IMG/VR virus record: IMGVR_UViG_3300045976_000096
Span: 48,423-112,422 of that record
DNA from: a virus
Length of the DNA stretch: 64,000 nucleotides
Strand: one strand, 5' to 3'
In this document: piece by piece, positions 19,104-28,410 of the stretch
Numbering within the stretch: position 1 is the first letter of the stretch
Layout of the letters: every line of letters begins with the position of its first letter
Made by a program: the position numbers and the translations under genes
Notes under the pieces: model-generated
The model's database searches: none
What the model was told of the DNA's origin: nothing
What the model saw: only the letters and a program-made list of their open reading frames with translations

Positions 19104-19373
19104 ATGGACGACAATATCAAGTGGCGCGATTTCACGCGCACGCACAAGGCGATCGGGCAGTTCAAGGCGACGCAGGGTCAGCGCAACGGCTTGTGGAACA
19201 CGGTCGAATGCATCGCCGACATCGAGAAAGCGGACGCCGCCGAGCGCGCCGCGCTGCAGCTGGTGCAGGACGCCTTTTACCAGGATACGGCCGACATCAA
19301 CCGCCTGGACGACTGCCGGCTCCTGCAAGTGCAAGACATCATCCACATGACCGACTGGAAGGCACCGGCATGA
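19104..19373 (+). CDS. hypothetical protein
   Basis: CATAAT box and AAGGGA RBS. Confidence 0.7.
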   Translation: MDDNIKWRDFTRTHKAIGQFKATQGQRNGLWNTVECIADIEKADAAERAALQLVQDAFYQDTADINRLDDCRLLQVQDIIHMTDWKAPA

Positions 19374-19999
19374 GCGCGTTCCTGAACCTCACCGATCCGG
19401 GCGTGCGCGCCGCGCTGCGTCACCCGGCCCTGGCCGGCAAGAAGCGCATCGGGCGCGGCGGCTTCTGCGCCGTGTACGACAACGGCGACACGGTCCTGAA
19501 ACTCACCGCCGACGGCGTCGCGCACGACTTCGCGGCGTCTGCGTGGCGCCCGCAGGGCGAGCACTTCCCGCGTCTGGTCGACAGTCACTTCTGCATCGGC
19601 GAAACCAGCGGCGGCGATCTGCTCTACCTGTACGAGGCGGAAAAGCTGCAGCCGATCGGCCGCGACAGCCTGTACCACATCAAGAAGGCGGTCAAGGATC
19701 TGAACGTGAAGGTTGGCGCGACCTACGCCAATCAAGAGTTCAGAGGCCACAACACCGAGGTTTACAACAGCAGCCGCGCGTGCGAGGAATTGGCCCAGAA
19801 CGTGTCGCTGCCGGATACCATGCGCGACGCATTCAGCCAGCTGGCCACGTTCATCGCCAGCTGGAATGCCGCGCTCGACTTCCACAGCAAGAATGTCATG
19901 CTGCGCGGCGACACCATCGTCCTGAACGACCCGATCGTCGGCGCCGACGCCATCAAGAAATACCGCGACTTGAACCGGAAGAACCGGTTCGGCTACTGA
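19370..19999 (+). CDS. protein kinase-like protein
   Basis: IGRGGFCAVY Gly-loop, VLK, DFHSKNVM catalytic loop, LNDP. Confidence 0.75.
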   Translation: MSAFLNLTDPGVRAALRHPALAGKKRIGRGGFCAVYDNGDTVLKLTADGVAHDFAASAWRPQGEHFPRLVDSHFCIGETSGGDLLYLYEAEKLQPIGRDSLYHIKKAVKDLNVKVGATYANQEFRGHNTEVYNSSRACEELAQNVSLPDTMRDAFSQLATFIASWNAALDFHSKNVMLRGDTIVLNDPIVGADAIKKYRDLNRKNRFGY

Positions 20000-20006
20000 G
20001 GGCACC

Positions 20007-20264
20007 ATGAAGATACTCGCCAAGCTGTACCTGCCGCCTGGCCCGCACAAGACCGGCGAAATGCATCTGTTCGAGGACAGCATGTATGCGGCGCGTGACC
20101 GCGTCGCCGCCAGTCTTGCGCTGATCGACTGGATGACGGAAGAAAACTGGTGCGTATGCTCCGGCGCGCTGGACGCGCCGCGCATCCTGCACTACCGCAT
20201 GAAGAAGGGCGACGACACCGCCTACTTCACACTTCGCAATTTGGATCACGTTTGGGAGGAATAA
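20007..20264 (+). CDS. hypothetical protein
   Basis: ORF in operon. Confidence 0.65.
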   Translation: MKILAKLYLPPGPHKTGEMHLFEDSMYAARDRVAASLALIDWMTEENWCVCSGALDAPRILHYRMKKGDDTAYFTLRNLDHVWEE

Positions 20265-20464
20265 TGCAGATCATCATCACCGAGCACATCAGGAAACCCG
20301 GACGCGGCTGGCTGCGCGGCCGCCAGGCACCCGCCACCGACCCGCACTGGAGCGCGGGCGACAAGCTGTGGATCAACCAGCTGGTCGAATCCGGCGACAC
20401 CGTCCTGACCGTGGGCGACACCATGTACCAGGCCCAGCTGGTGCGCGGCGAGGTGGCGTCATGA
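20264..20464 (+). CDS. hypothetical protein
   Basis: GGAGG RBS, TAATG overlap. Confidence 0.65.
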   Translation: MQIIITEHIRKPGRGWLRGRQAPATDPHWSAGDKLWINQLVESGDTVLTVGDTMYQAQLVRGEVAS

Positions 20465-20655
20465 GCGCCGCGCCGATGACCCAGACCGACTACGTGGCGA
20501 TGGATGGCGGCTGCTGCCCGTTTTGCGGCGGCACCGACATCGTCGGCGGCGTGATCACGATCGCGGAAGGCGCGGCGCACCAGGAGGTCGGCTGCAACGA
20601 ATGCGACCGCGAGTGGAACGACACCTACAAGCTGACCGGCTACCAGGAGATATGA
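20461..20655 (+). CDS. small zinc-ribbon protein
   Basis: CPFCG...CNEC. Confidence 0.7.
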   Translation: MSAAPMTQTDYVAMDGGCCPFCGGTDIVGGVITIAEGAAHQEVGCNECDREWNDTYKLTGYQEI

Positions 20656-20694
20656 TGGCGGGAAGTCTGAAGCCCGCGCGCGGCGCGCGCCAGC

Positions 20695-21075
20695 ATGCCC
20701 ATCGAGGCGATCGAGGTCGGCGAGGACATCGTCGGCTGCGGTTACTGCGGCGGGCAGCTGCTGCTGATCGAAATGATGCCGGACGGCCACCACGAAATCT
20801 GCAACGACTGCGGACAGCACTACCATGTGACGGACGAAGGCGAGAGTGCCGAGGACATCACAGCGGCGTTGGCCGCCGACATCGAAATCGTGGACGACGC
20901 CACCGGCGAGGTGGTCGGCACCACCGCGCCCGGCATGACCCACCCGTCCGAGCTGGACCGCCTGCTGCAGGAGCTGGGCGGCGAGGTGCCGATGGCCAGC
21001 GCCGCGGACCTGAACCACCTGTTCGGCATCAAGGACAAGCCCTGCCCGTATGGCGACGAGTTTGGCTCATTCTGA
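20695..21075 (+). CDS. acidic zinc-ribbon protein
   Basis: CGYCG...CNDCG. Confidence 0.7.
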   Translation: MPIEAIEVGEDIVGCGYCGGQLLLIEMMPDGHHEICNDCGQHYHVTDEGESAEDITAALAADIEIVDDATGEVVGTTAPGMTHPSELDRLLQELGGEVPMASAADLNHLFGIKDKPCPYGDEFGSF

Positions 21076-21156
21076 CGCGCCGCGCACACGCCGCAGTTGC
21101 GCAACGATAATAACTACATCGCAAGTTCGCGATGACACGAAAGGGAGAAGGACAAA

Positions 21157-21420
21157 ATGTTAACGGCGCAGATTCACGACGTCACGCTCGGCAAGTACGA
21201 CATGCCGCAGATTCACTTCAGCCTGCACGACGGCGAGGACACCGGCATGGTGTCGTTCGAGGACACGATCGGGTTGGCGCATGCGACCTTCCTGATCGAG
21301 CACTCGATCGTCACCGCCAACAACGCCTACGGCCGCATGCTCAACGCCTTCATCGGTGCCGATCACCCGCAGGGCCTGGTTGGCCAGGAATTCATCGATG
21401 TCGAGGAGAACGAGGAATGA
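21157..21420 (+). CDS. hypothetical protein
   Basis: GATAAT box, AAGGA RBS. Confidence 0.7.
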   Translation: MLTAQIHDVTLGKYDMPQIHFSLHDGEDTGMVSFEDTIGLAHATFLIEHSIVTANNAYGRMLNAFIGADHPQGLVGQEFIDVEENEE

Positions 21421-21677
21421 AAACCATCGAATGCAAGCGCGTCGACCTGTGGGACGGCGGCGAGCGGCACAACTTCGGCTACCGGGTCAACATCGGCGTG
21501 CCGGACGGACTGATCGAACTGCGCGATCCGCATTGCAACATCACGAAGGAAGTGATCACCGTTTTTGACAGCCTCGCCGAAGTCGACGACAACAGCGTCG
21601 CCAAGCTGCGCAAGAGCGCCTGGAACAAGCTGACCCCGCAGGAACGCCAAGCCCTGAACATGAAGGAGCCGACATGA
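21417..21677 (+). CDS. hypothetical protein
   Basis: ends AWNKLTPQERQAL. Confidence 0.7.
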   Translation: MKTIECKRVDLWDGGERHNFGYRVNIGVPDGLIELRDPHCNITKEVITVFDSLAEVDDNSVAKLRKSAWNKLTPQERQALNMKEPT

Positions 21678-22102
21678 GCCGCCACACCATCGCCATCACC
21701 ATCGACAGTCCCGCCGACATGAGCGCAAACCAGGCGACCGCGTTTGTCGCCGGCGCGATCGACACTGTGCGTGGCAACTACCTTGCCATGCAGCGCACCG
21801 GCATGCTGAACGGCAGCGCCGACAAGTTCGCCGAGAACCTCGGCGGCAGCGTGATCGTCACGGCGCTGCAAAGTCCGATGCGCGCCAAATTCGCGCTGGA
21901 GGTTGGCGCGGAACTGCAGAACGACATCGCCAAGCTAATCGAGGAAAAGGACGGCATGCTGCCGGCGCCGGCCCGCGGCCTGGCGCAGGACATCATCGAC
22001 ATCGTGATGCGCAGCCAGCTGGTTCACCCGGAAGCGCGCGCGCTGTACGAAGTGATGCCGGACACGGCCGGCTCGGTGCCGCGAACCCAGAAGGCGGACT
22101 GA
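21674..22102 (+). CDS. hypothetical protein
   Basis: AAGGAG RBS. Confidence 0.7.
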   Translation: MSRHTIAITIDSPADMSANQATAFVAGAIDTVRGNYLAMQRTGMLNGSADKFAENLGGSVIVTALQSPMRAKFALEVGAELQNDIAKLIEEKDGMLPAPARGLAQDIIDIVMRSQLVHPEARALYEVMPDTAGSVPRTQKAD

Positions 22103-22194
22103 AACCCAGCCTCGTTGCCAAATTGCACTGCCTGTGTTGCGTTGCGATAATGACTCTATCGACACAACGCGCACAGCGCAGAAAGGGAAACATC

Positions 22195-22494
22195 ATGCAG
22201 CAAGTCAAGACCTTATTTCCGCCCGCCAGCCTGCAGCGCGACGCCTGGTTCGGGTACGCGCCGCAGCTGGTCGCCGCCTACCGCGCCGGCCAGTACCGCG
22301 CCGGTCCCGCCTTCTACACCCGCAAGGCGGGCGAGGACGCGGTCGAGGAAGCGTTCGACCTGTCCAACAACCCGTCGCGCCAGGACGAGCGCGACCTCGT
22401 GTTCGGCGACCACCGCAGCGTTTCGGTTGGCGACATCGTGGAGGTGGGTAGTGATGCCTACCTGTGCAAATCCTCGGGCTGGGAGAAACTGTGA
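22195..22494 (+). CDS. hypothetical protein (YodL-like RSVSVGDIV motif)
   Basis: EEAFDLSN...RSVSVGDIVEV...YLC...GW. Confidence 0.7.
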   Translation: MQQVKTLFPPASLQRDAWFGYAPQLVAAYRAGQYRAGPAFYTRKAGEDAVEEAFDLSNNPSRQDERDLVFGDHRSVSVGDIVEVGSDAYLCKSSGWEKL

Positions 22495-22811
22495 TGCTGT
22501 GGATGATCACCGGCGACAAACTGCACAGGGACGGCCCGAACCTGATCGGCCGCTGCGGCGACGACCTGTGCGCGAGCCTGGGCGACATTCGCGTGCCGCC
22601 CACCCGGCAGCCCGGCATCAAGGCGGACTGCAACTACGATTTCCGTCTGCTCGATGGCGACGGCGAGCATTGCTTCACCGGCGTGTGCAAGGATCTCGAC
22701 GACCAGGATGGCGACGCCGCCTTCGAGCCGCTCGACATGTTCATGCACGGCTTCGGCGTGGTGGAAATGCAGTACCGGAAGAAAGGCGAGAAAGAATGGA
22801 AAACACTGTGA
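22494..22811 (+). CDS. hypothetical protein
   Basis: FRLLDGDGE motif; coupled. Confidence 0.7.
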   Translation: MLWMITGDKLHRDGPNLIGRCGDDLCASLGDIRVPPTRQPGIKADCNYDFRLLDGDGEHCFTGVCKDLDDQDGDAAFEPLDMFMHGFGVVEMQYRKKGEKEWKTL

Positions 22812-23044
22812 ACCCCGCCGAGCGCATCACCGACACCATGCTGCAGGCAGCGCTCGGCGTCGACGACCTCGACGAGGCGATCGGCACCATCATGGAGCAG
22901 GTCGGCATTACCGATGGCGGCATCGCCGGGATGGTATTCTCGGGCGCCTACAACCACGACTGGTGGCGCGAAGCTGACCGTCAGGACCGCTTGTGGAAGC
23001 TGTGCGAGTGGCGCGACTACGAACAGACGCTCGCCTGCATTTAA
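22808..23044 (+). CDS. hypothetical protein
   Basis: GTGA overlap. Confidence 0.65.
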   Translation: MNPAERITDTMLQAALGVDDLDEAIGTIMEQVGITDGGIAGMVFSGAYNHDWWREADRQDRLWKLCEWRDYEQTLACI

Positions 23045-23099
23045 CGGATTTTTACAATGACCGGCATACCGCCGGTCACTTTACCAAGAGGAAGTGAAG

Positions 23100-23483
23100 A
23101 TGTGCCAAACTGAAAACAAAACCCCGGCCCTGTCGCTGGAAGCGAACCTGCTGGCTGCCCTGCTGGGTCGCGGCATCGCCCTCGACGTGGCCCAGGCGGC
23201 GACCAAGGACGTGATCACCACCTTCGCCAACAGCGAGGTGGCGCACCCGTGCTGGGCCGATCAGGTGCGCGGCATTGCGCCGGCGGAGAGCATCGAGGAA
23301 AAAGAGACCACCCAGGCCAGCATCGACCCGGACGGCACGATGGAGCTGTTTCCCGGCGTACGCGTGCAAGTCGTGCGCATCGGCGAGGACGACAAGCCGG
23401 AAGACGTCACTGCCGGCATGCCAGAGAGCCTGAAGGCGGTGTTGCGCGGCATTGCCACGACGCTGGAGGCGCGCCGCAAGTAA
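23100..23483 (+). CDS. hypothetical protein
   Basis: GAGGA RBS. Confidence 0.7.
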   Translation: MCQTENKTPALSLEANLLAALLGRGIALDVAQAATKDVITTFANSEVAHPCWADQVRGIAPAESIEEKETTQASIDPDGTMELFPGVRVQVVRIGEDDKPEDVTAGMPESLKAVLRGIATTLEARRK

Positions 23484-23511
23484 CCCACAGACAACTTGAC
23501 ACTTAGGCAAG

Positions 23512-23537
23512 AAAAGCAGGCTTCACGCCTGCTTTTT
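23512..23537. terminator. bidirectional intrinsic terminator
   Basis: aaaagcagg-cttcacg-cctgcttttt. Confidence 0.75.
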
Positions 23538-23859
23538 GCGTGATAAAATCCCTCCTAGGAAAAGTTCTTTGAAATCAAGGACTTACGCCAATCTTATTGC
23601 GGAGTAAGTGCGGGCCTAACGCTGAACTCCTGCAACCACAAACCAGCACAGCAGGTCAGCACGCGCGACACCGTCGGAAAGGGCATCAGAACGCGCTACA
23701 AGCGCTTGGATTGACCCGGTTGATACCCGCACACCACCCAGCGCAAAAACGTCTCAAAAGCCCGATTTTGCGTTTTCAGGCTTGACCATTGCCGGGCACA
23801 ATCCGCGCACCGGGCGCTACACTTGCGTATCGAGTACTCAACCATACGAGGAGAGCAGG

Positions 23860-24138
23860 ATGAACGGCTACCGGGTAGCGAACGACATGGAGTACAAGCT
23901 GTACCAGGAGATTACCGGCCCGAGCGTGGCCATGATGGAGAACGGTGCCGGCATGCGGGAACTGGAGCGGGCGGTGAAAATCGCGGAAGCCCGGCTCGAG
24001 CGCCTCGGCATGGTGACGACCCAGGCGGGCCTGCTGGTGCGCGACGACCAGGACATCTTGGATACCGACGACCTGACCGCCGCGGCAGCACGACTGAAGA
24101 TGTTCGACATCCTCAACAGGGTCATGCAGGCTCCCTAA
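23860..24138 (+). CDS. hypothetical protein
   Basis: GAGGAG RBS. Confidence 0.65.
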   Translation: MNGYRVANDMEYKLYQEITGPSVAMMENGAGMRELERAVKIAEARLERLGMVTTQAGLLVRDDQDILDTDDLTAAAARLKMFDILNRVMQAP

Positions 24139-24275
24139 GAACGCGACCTACCGGCGCAAGGAAATTATAGCCCGGATTGCAATCGACGCAACTTATCGCG
24201 CCGCAACGCTTCCGAAAATAATTGTTTAAGCTGTAGAAGTATGAAATACCTATAGAAAGCAGAGGAGAGTGATAA

Positions 24276-24581
24276 GTGAACGCACCGGCCCCAAGTCCAC
24301 GCCCGCCGCTACATTTCATCGTGTGGCGCGTGACCTACAGCAGCGGCAGGACCACCGTCTCGGCGATCGACAAGAACCAGTTCGAGGCGCACATGGAGGA
24401 AAGCCCCGACTACCTCGACGGCTCGGCCTGTGTGAAAGCAATCAGCATCGCCGAGGCGGAAGACCTCGCGCGTGATCCGAACCTGTGGGAACCGATCCCG
24501 GCCCACGTAATCGAACAGGCACAAGAGCAACACCGGCAAGCAAAACTCGCGGCCAAGGCCCATTACCCGGCCGCATGGTAA
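24276..24581 (+). CDS. hypothetical protein
   Basis: GAGGAG RBS, GTG start. Confidence 0.6.
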   Translation: MNAPAPSPRPPLHFIVWRVTYSSGRTTVSAIDKNQFEAHMEESPDYLDGSACVKAISIAEAEDLARDPNLWEPIPAHVIEQAQEQHRQAKLAAKAHYPAAW

Positions 24582-24612
24582 GCGAAACCACCAGGCCACA
24601 ACAAGGAAAACC

Positions 24613-24978
24613 ATGAAACCCGAATACGAACAGGCCTTGAAGGAAGTCGCCGACCTGCACAACGAAATGTACCGGATGCGGCGGCAAGCGGACAACAAGC
24701 TGCGGCAACTCGTCAACGACCTCGTCAAGGAAGACAACCCGCACACGATCATGGAAATGCTCAGGAAGATCCCACCAGGCCCATACCGCATGGAACTGAG
24801 CATTCACCACGCCGACCGGCTTCAGGACAAGAACTACCGGCACCGCAGCGAACAGGCAGCAATCAACCTGCCCAACGCACGCACGCAATGGAACAACGCA
24901 GTGAAAGGACTGCTGCACGGCACACCAAACGGCATCATGACCACATACACGGGAGGAACAGGAACACCACGACGGTAG
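24613..24978 (+). CDS. hypothetical protein
   Basis: AAGGA RBS; T-poor coding strand. Confidence 0.65.
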   Translation: MKPEYEQALKEVADLHNEMYRMRRQADNKLRQLVNDLVKEDNPHTIMEMLRKIPPGPYRMELSIHHADRLQDKNYRHRSEQAAINLPNARTQWNNAVKGLLHGTPNGIMTTYTGGTGTPRR

Positions 24979-25162
24979 ACAGACATCATGACCACCATAC
25001 CGGTCCTCACATACACATCACATGCCTGTGTAGAGACAAGGATTGCATGGGCACATGGAAGGATCGCCTGGCGACGTATTGCCTCCTTCAATCCACCCGC
25101 AATCCCGGCTTTCCTTCCGTTCTCCCTATGAGAACACCCCGTTGCCAAGGCGGTAGCGGGTA

Positions 25163-25178
25163 TGTTTCACGTGAAACA
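25163..25178. other. parS: parS site (chromosomal ParB/Spo0J consensus)
   Basis: Perfect TGTTTCACGTGAAACA palindrome, intergenic. Confidence 0.88.
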
Positions 25179-25579
25179 TCGCTATAAGGATCGATCCTCG
25201 GCCCGCCTTGGCCCTATAAGAACGCGGCTTTCATCCTATAAGGACACTCTTATACTTTGACCCGAAATCCTATAAGGATGGGGTTGCGCCTAGGCGAAAA
25301 CGACTCTTATACATTATATCGCGACAGCAAACGGCAGCTGCGGCGACGGGTAATCCGAAGTTTCGCGCGGGCGCGCGGAAGGGCCAAGGATCGCCTAGGA
25401 ACCCACCCGGCCACGGCGTGCCGAGGCTTTCCTAGGCCCAGGGAGCGGACGATGCCTGCGGTGCGCCAAGGATTTCCTAGGCCCTCGCCTGGTCGGTGAG
25501 ACGGGCGTGAACGAGCCACCCACGCGCCGCACCTGCGCGGTCATACTACGTTCTCACCAACCACACATGAAAGCACAGC

Positions 25580-25870
25580 ATGACCCTCTTACACATCACC
25601 ACGGGCGCCGAGACCGAAACCGAAGGCACGATGGTTGTCGTCTTCAACGTCACCGAGAACGGTAAGCCTTACGCCCAGATCGCGACCGAGTCCAACAATG
25701 ACGACCAGTGGGCCAAGATGCAGGTCACGCTCGCCGCGGGCGTCTACGTCGATCCGCTGTGGGTGCAGGTCGAAGCGATGAAGGCGGTGTACGACGTCCT
25801 GAACCGCGACGGGTACAGCACCTTCGCCGACCTGTTCGCCGAGGTCGGGCACATCGTCTTCGAGATGTAA
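25580..25870 (+). CDS. hypothetical protein
   Basis: CATACT box upstream. Confidence 0.7.
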   Translation: MTLLHITTGAETETEGTMVVVFNVTENGKPYAQIATESNNDDQWAKMQVTLAAGVYVDPLWVQVEAMKAVYDVLNRDGYSTFADLFAEVGHIVFEM

Positions 25871-26029
25871 GGCGATCACACCGGTTCGCACCGGTGTTTG
25901 TCTCCCAGGCCATGCCAAGGCTTGCCAAGGCTTGCCGGCCACCCTTGAGGACGCTGCGAACAAGCCACCCACCCGCCTGTGTCGGGTGGGCATAATGGTG
26001 TTTCTTCAACGACACATGAAAGGGACATC

Positions 26030-26374
26030 ATGCACCATGTACAGGCCACCATCACCCATTACAGCAATGCCCAGGCGCGCAACCAAGCTGTCGGCTTATC
26101 GGCCTTGCGCGCGCTTGCGCACGACCCGGCCTGCAAATTCTACGCGCACGACGGGAACGACTACCTGATCGTCGAGACCGAGCTTGCGGGCGCGCCTCTG
26201 TACACCTTGATCGTGCTGACCAACCTGATCGACATCGGCGCGCACAACGGGATGCAGAAAGTCGAGACCGGCCTGGGCGACGTCATCGCGCTGTTCAGCA
26301 CAGGCATCTACCACGAAGCGCTTGCTGAGGCGCTGCAGATCATGAAAGACGATGCAGGCCTGCACGACGAATAA
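26030..26374 (+). CDS. hypothetical protein
   Basis: CATAAT box, AAGGGA RBS. Confidence 0.7.
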   Translation: MHHVQATITHYSNAQARNQAVGLSALRALAHDPACKFYAHDGNDYLIVETELAGAPLYTLIVLTNLIDIGAHNGMQKVETGLGDVIALFSTGIYHEALAEALQIMKDDAGLHDE

Positions 26375-26573
26375 AGTACAAGGCGGTTGTGAGGCCCAGT
26401 GCTGACCTGGGCCTCGAAACGCTGACCTAAAATTGCCTAGGCGACAATGGGTCCGCACGCCAACGCTGACCCAATGCTGACCGGCGTGCTGAAGGAAGGC
26501 TGACCTGGGCCACGCACACGCCTCACCTGGCTTGCGACAATGGGTCTTCACCAACCACACAGCAGAGGTTTTC

Positions 26574-26801
26574 ATGTCCAAGTTCTACAACTTCCGTCCC
26601 GAAACCATCAACGGCGTGACCATCCCGGCCGGCACCGCCTTACGCGACCTTGGCGACGGCGCCATGCCCCAGATGCTCCGCTTTGAATTGCCGACCAGCC
26701 TGCACCACTGCGGCATGCGCCACATCGACCTGTATCCACATCAGGTCGGTGACAGCGCCTTGTATGACGAGTTCGCGGCAGCGATGCGCGACCGGCCGTA
26801 A
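26574..26801 (+). CDS. hypothetical protein
   Basis: GAGGT RBS, terminator at about 26811-26832. Confidence 0.65.
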   Translation: MSKFYNFRPETINGVTIPAGTALRDLGDGAMPQMLRFELPTSLHHCGMRHIDLYPHQVGDSALYDEFAAAMRDRP

Positions 26802-27068
26802 CAAGCCACAGGCGCCCACCAGGCGCCTTTTGTATTGACCGGGCCACGCCAAGGCTTTCCTAGGCCGTTACGAGGCCGTACGCCGGCCACCAGGCGCAAG
26901 CCAGGCCACCAGGCTTGCCGAGGCCACAGCCAGGCCATAGGCCGTGCGGCGGGCGCGGGATGGACACGGGTATGGATGATGTGACCGGGCCAGCCACCCG
27001 CCGCAGCTGCGTCGTCATACTGTGGTCTCTGCTGCGATGTGCAGCGCAACCCACCCTAGAAAGAGACC

Positions 27069-27263
27069 ATGAGCACCTTACTGACCTGCCTCGCGACCCT
27101 GATGCACGCCCAGCGCACCCGTACCGTACCGGCATGCGTCGACGTGCGTGAAAGCACCCATCTGGTCCTGTGCAACGACAGCGGGCGCGTGCTGGGCCTG
27201 CAGCGCAGTGTCACTATGCAGGGCCGCACCTTCTCCGCCGCCATCGAGCAGGTGATCGCATGA
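27069..27263 (+). CDS. hypothetical protein
   Basis: Follows leader hairpin at 27031. Confidence 0.6.
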   Translation: MSTLLTCLATLMHAQRTRTVPACVDVRESTHLVLCNDSGRVLGLQRSVTMQGRTFSAAIEQVIA

Positions 27264-27436
27264 ACGGCTACAGCCTCACCGACTTCGACCCGACCCCGCG
27301 CCTGTTCTACTCGCAGCGCGCCAGGGTATGCCACGGTTACACGTTCTGCCAAGGTCCGTTCGTGACAGACGACTTCGGCAACAGCGTGCGGGTCAGCAAC
27401 GACAGCCTGACGCACTACCTGCGCCAGAGCCATTAA
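27260..27436 (+). CDS. hypothetical protein
   Basis: ATGA overlap; terminator at about 27457-27481. Confidence 0.55.
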   Translation: MNGYSLTDFDPTPRLFYSQRARVCHGYTFCQGPFVTDDFGNSVRVSNDSLTHYLRQSH

Positions 27437-27673
27437 GCCAGCCGCATAGCCACATCAAGGGCGCCGACCGGGCGCCCTTTATATTGCGCCACCCAGTTGC
27501 CAAGGAAGCGCCTGTCACTGCGCTGCAGGAACACCATGCGAGCACGCCTTGGCAACGCCAGCCGCGGCGAAGGTATTCCGTGGACGTTCCGCTTTCAACG
27601 CCAGCTGCGGCGACGTCATATGCAGGATTTGTCGCGCCGCCCTCGCGCCTTGGCATGCCGGTCGCGACAGAGG

Positions 27674-27883
27674 ATGATTCACATGCGAACCATTCACATG
27701 CTAATAGTTCGTAACCTAACCATTTGCGTGCTAATGATTCGCATACACATAGTTCGCATACGAACCATTCACATGCTAATGATTCGTATGCTAATCGTTC
27801 ACATGCTAATCGTTCGCGTGCTAATGATTCGTATGCTAATCGTTCGCATGTGAACAGTTGACGTATCAACAGTTGAATACGCA
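27674..27883. repeat. 15-bp tandem array (12 clear + 2 degenerate units)
   Basis: Units such as atgattcgtatgcta, atcgttcacatgcta, accattcacatgcta at exact 15-bp period. Confidence 0.92.
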
Positions 27884-28231
27884 AGTAACCCGAATCGGGT
27901 TTAGCTCACCTGTGACTGACCTTGTCAATAGGTCATTGACCAATGCACAAACAAATTTCTTGCGCAAGCTGTGCATTTGTACAGTAAAAACCACTCTTGT
28001 ATAAGACATGGTCAAACTGACAATTTTAACGCTTGTAAGTCATTGATTTTAAAGCGAACCCTCTAGGTTCAACGAACAGACAGGTCCCGGTATGGTTCTA
28101 TCAACAAAGGGAAAAACCTCACCACGGGCTTAAAAAGGGCATTTGCGGGCATATATTTTTGCGTGATGTTTTTGTGCGTCTACATGACATCAGAATCTAA
28201 TTTCACGCATAAAAAAAATCACGCAAAAGTA

Positions 28232-28260
28232 TTGACCTGGCAATTTTCGATCTGTATAGT
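28232..28260 (+). promoter_or_regulatory. strong sigma70-type promoter with A-rich UP element
   Basis: TTGACC-17bp-TATAGT, A8 tract upstream. Confidence 0.8.
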
Positions 28261-28410
28261 TCTATTCATGCACTGACGAACACAACGATTCGCAGCGCTG
28301 CGCAAGCAAGTGGTTACATAACCCGCGCGCCCGGTACTGTGGTTCGCTCTCGCAGATACTGACCGGGCAAACAAAATACTCTTTCACAACATTATATAAA
28401 GGTAACTATC

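Noticed and set aside
5157-24581. Other genes ending in aromatic residues (WGTF 5708, GAW 14045, GSF 17747, AAW 24581) as members of the W-tail family
   Set aside because: They lack the D-x-P-[KQ]-T part; suggestive only.
27674-27883. CRISPR array, or the 118-aa/163-aa ORFs spanning the 15-bp repeats
   Set aside because: No unique spacers and no cas genes; the ORFs are low-complexity translations of the repeat with no RBS.
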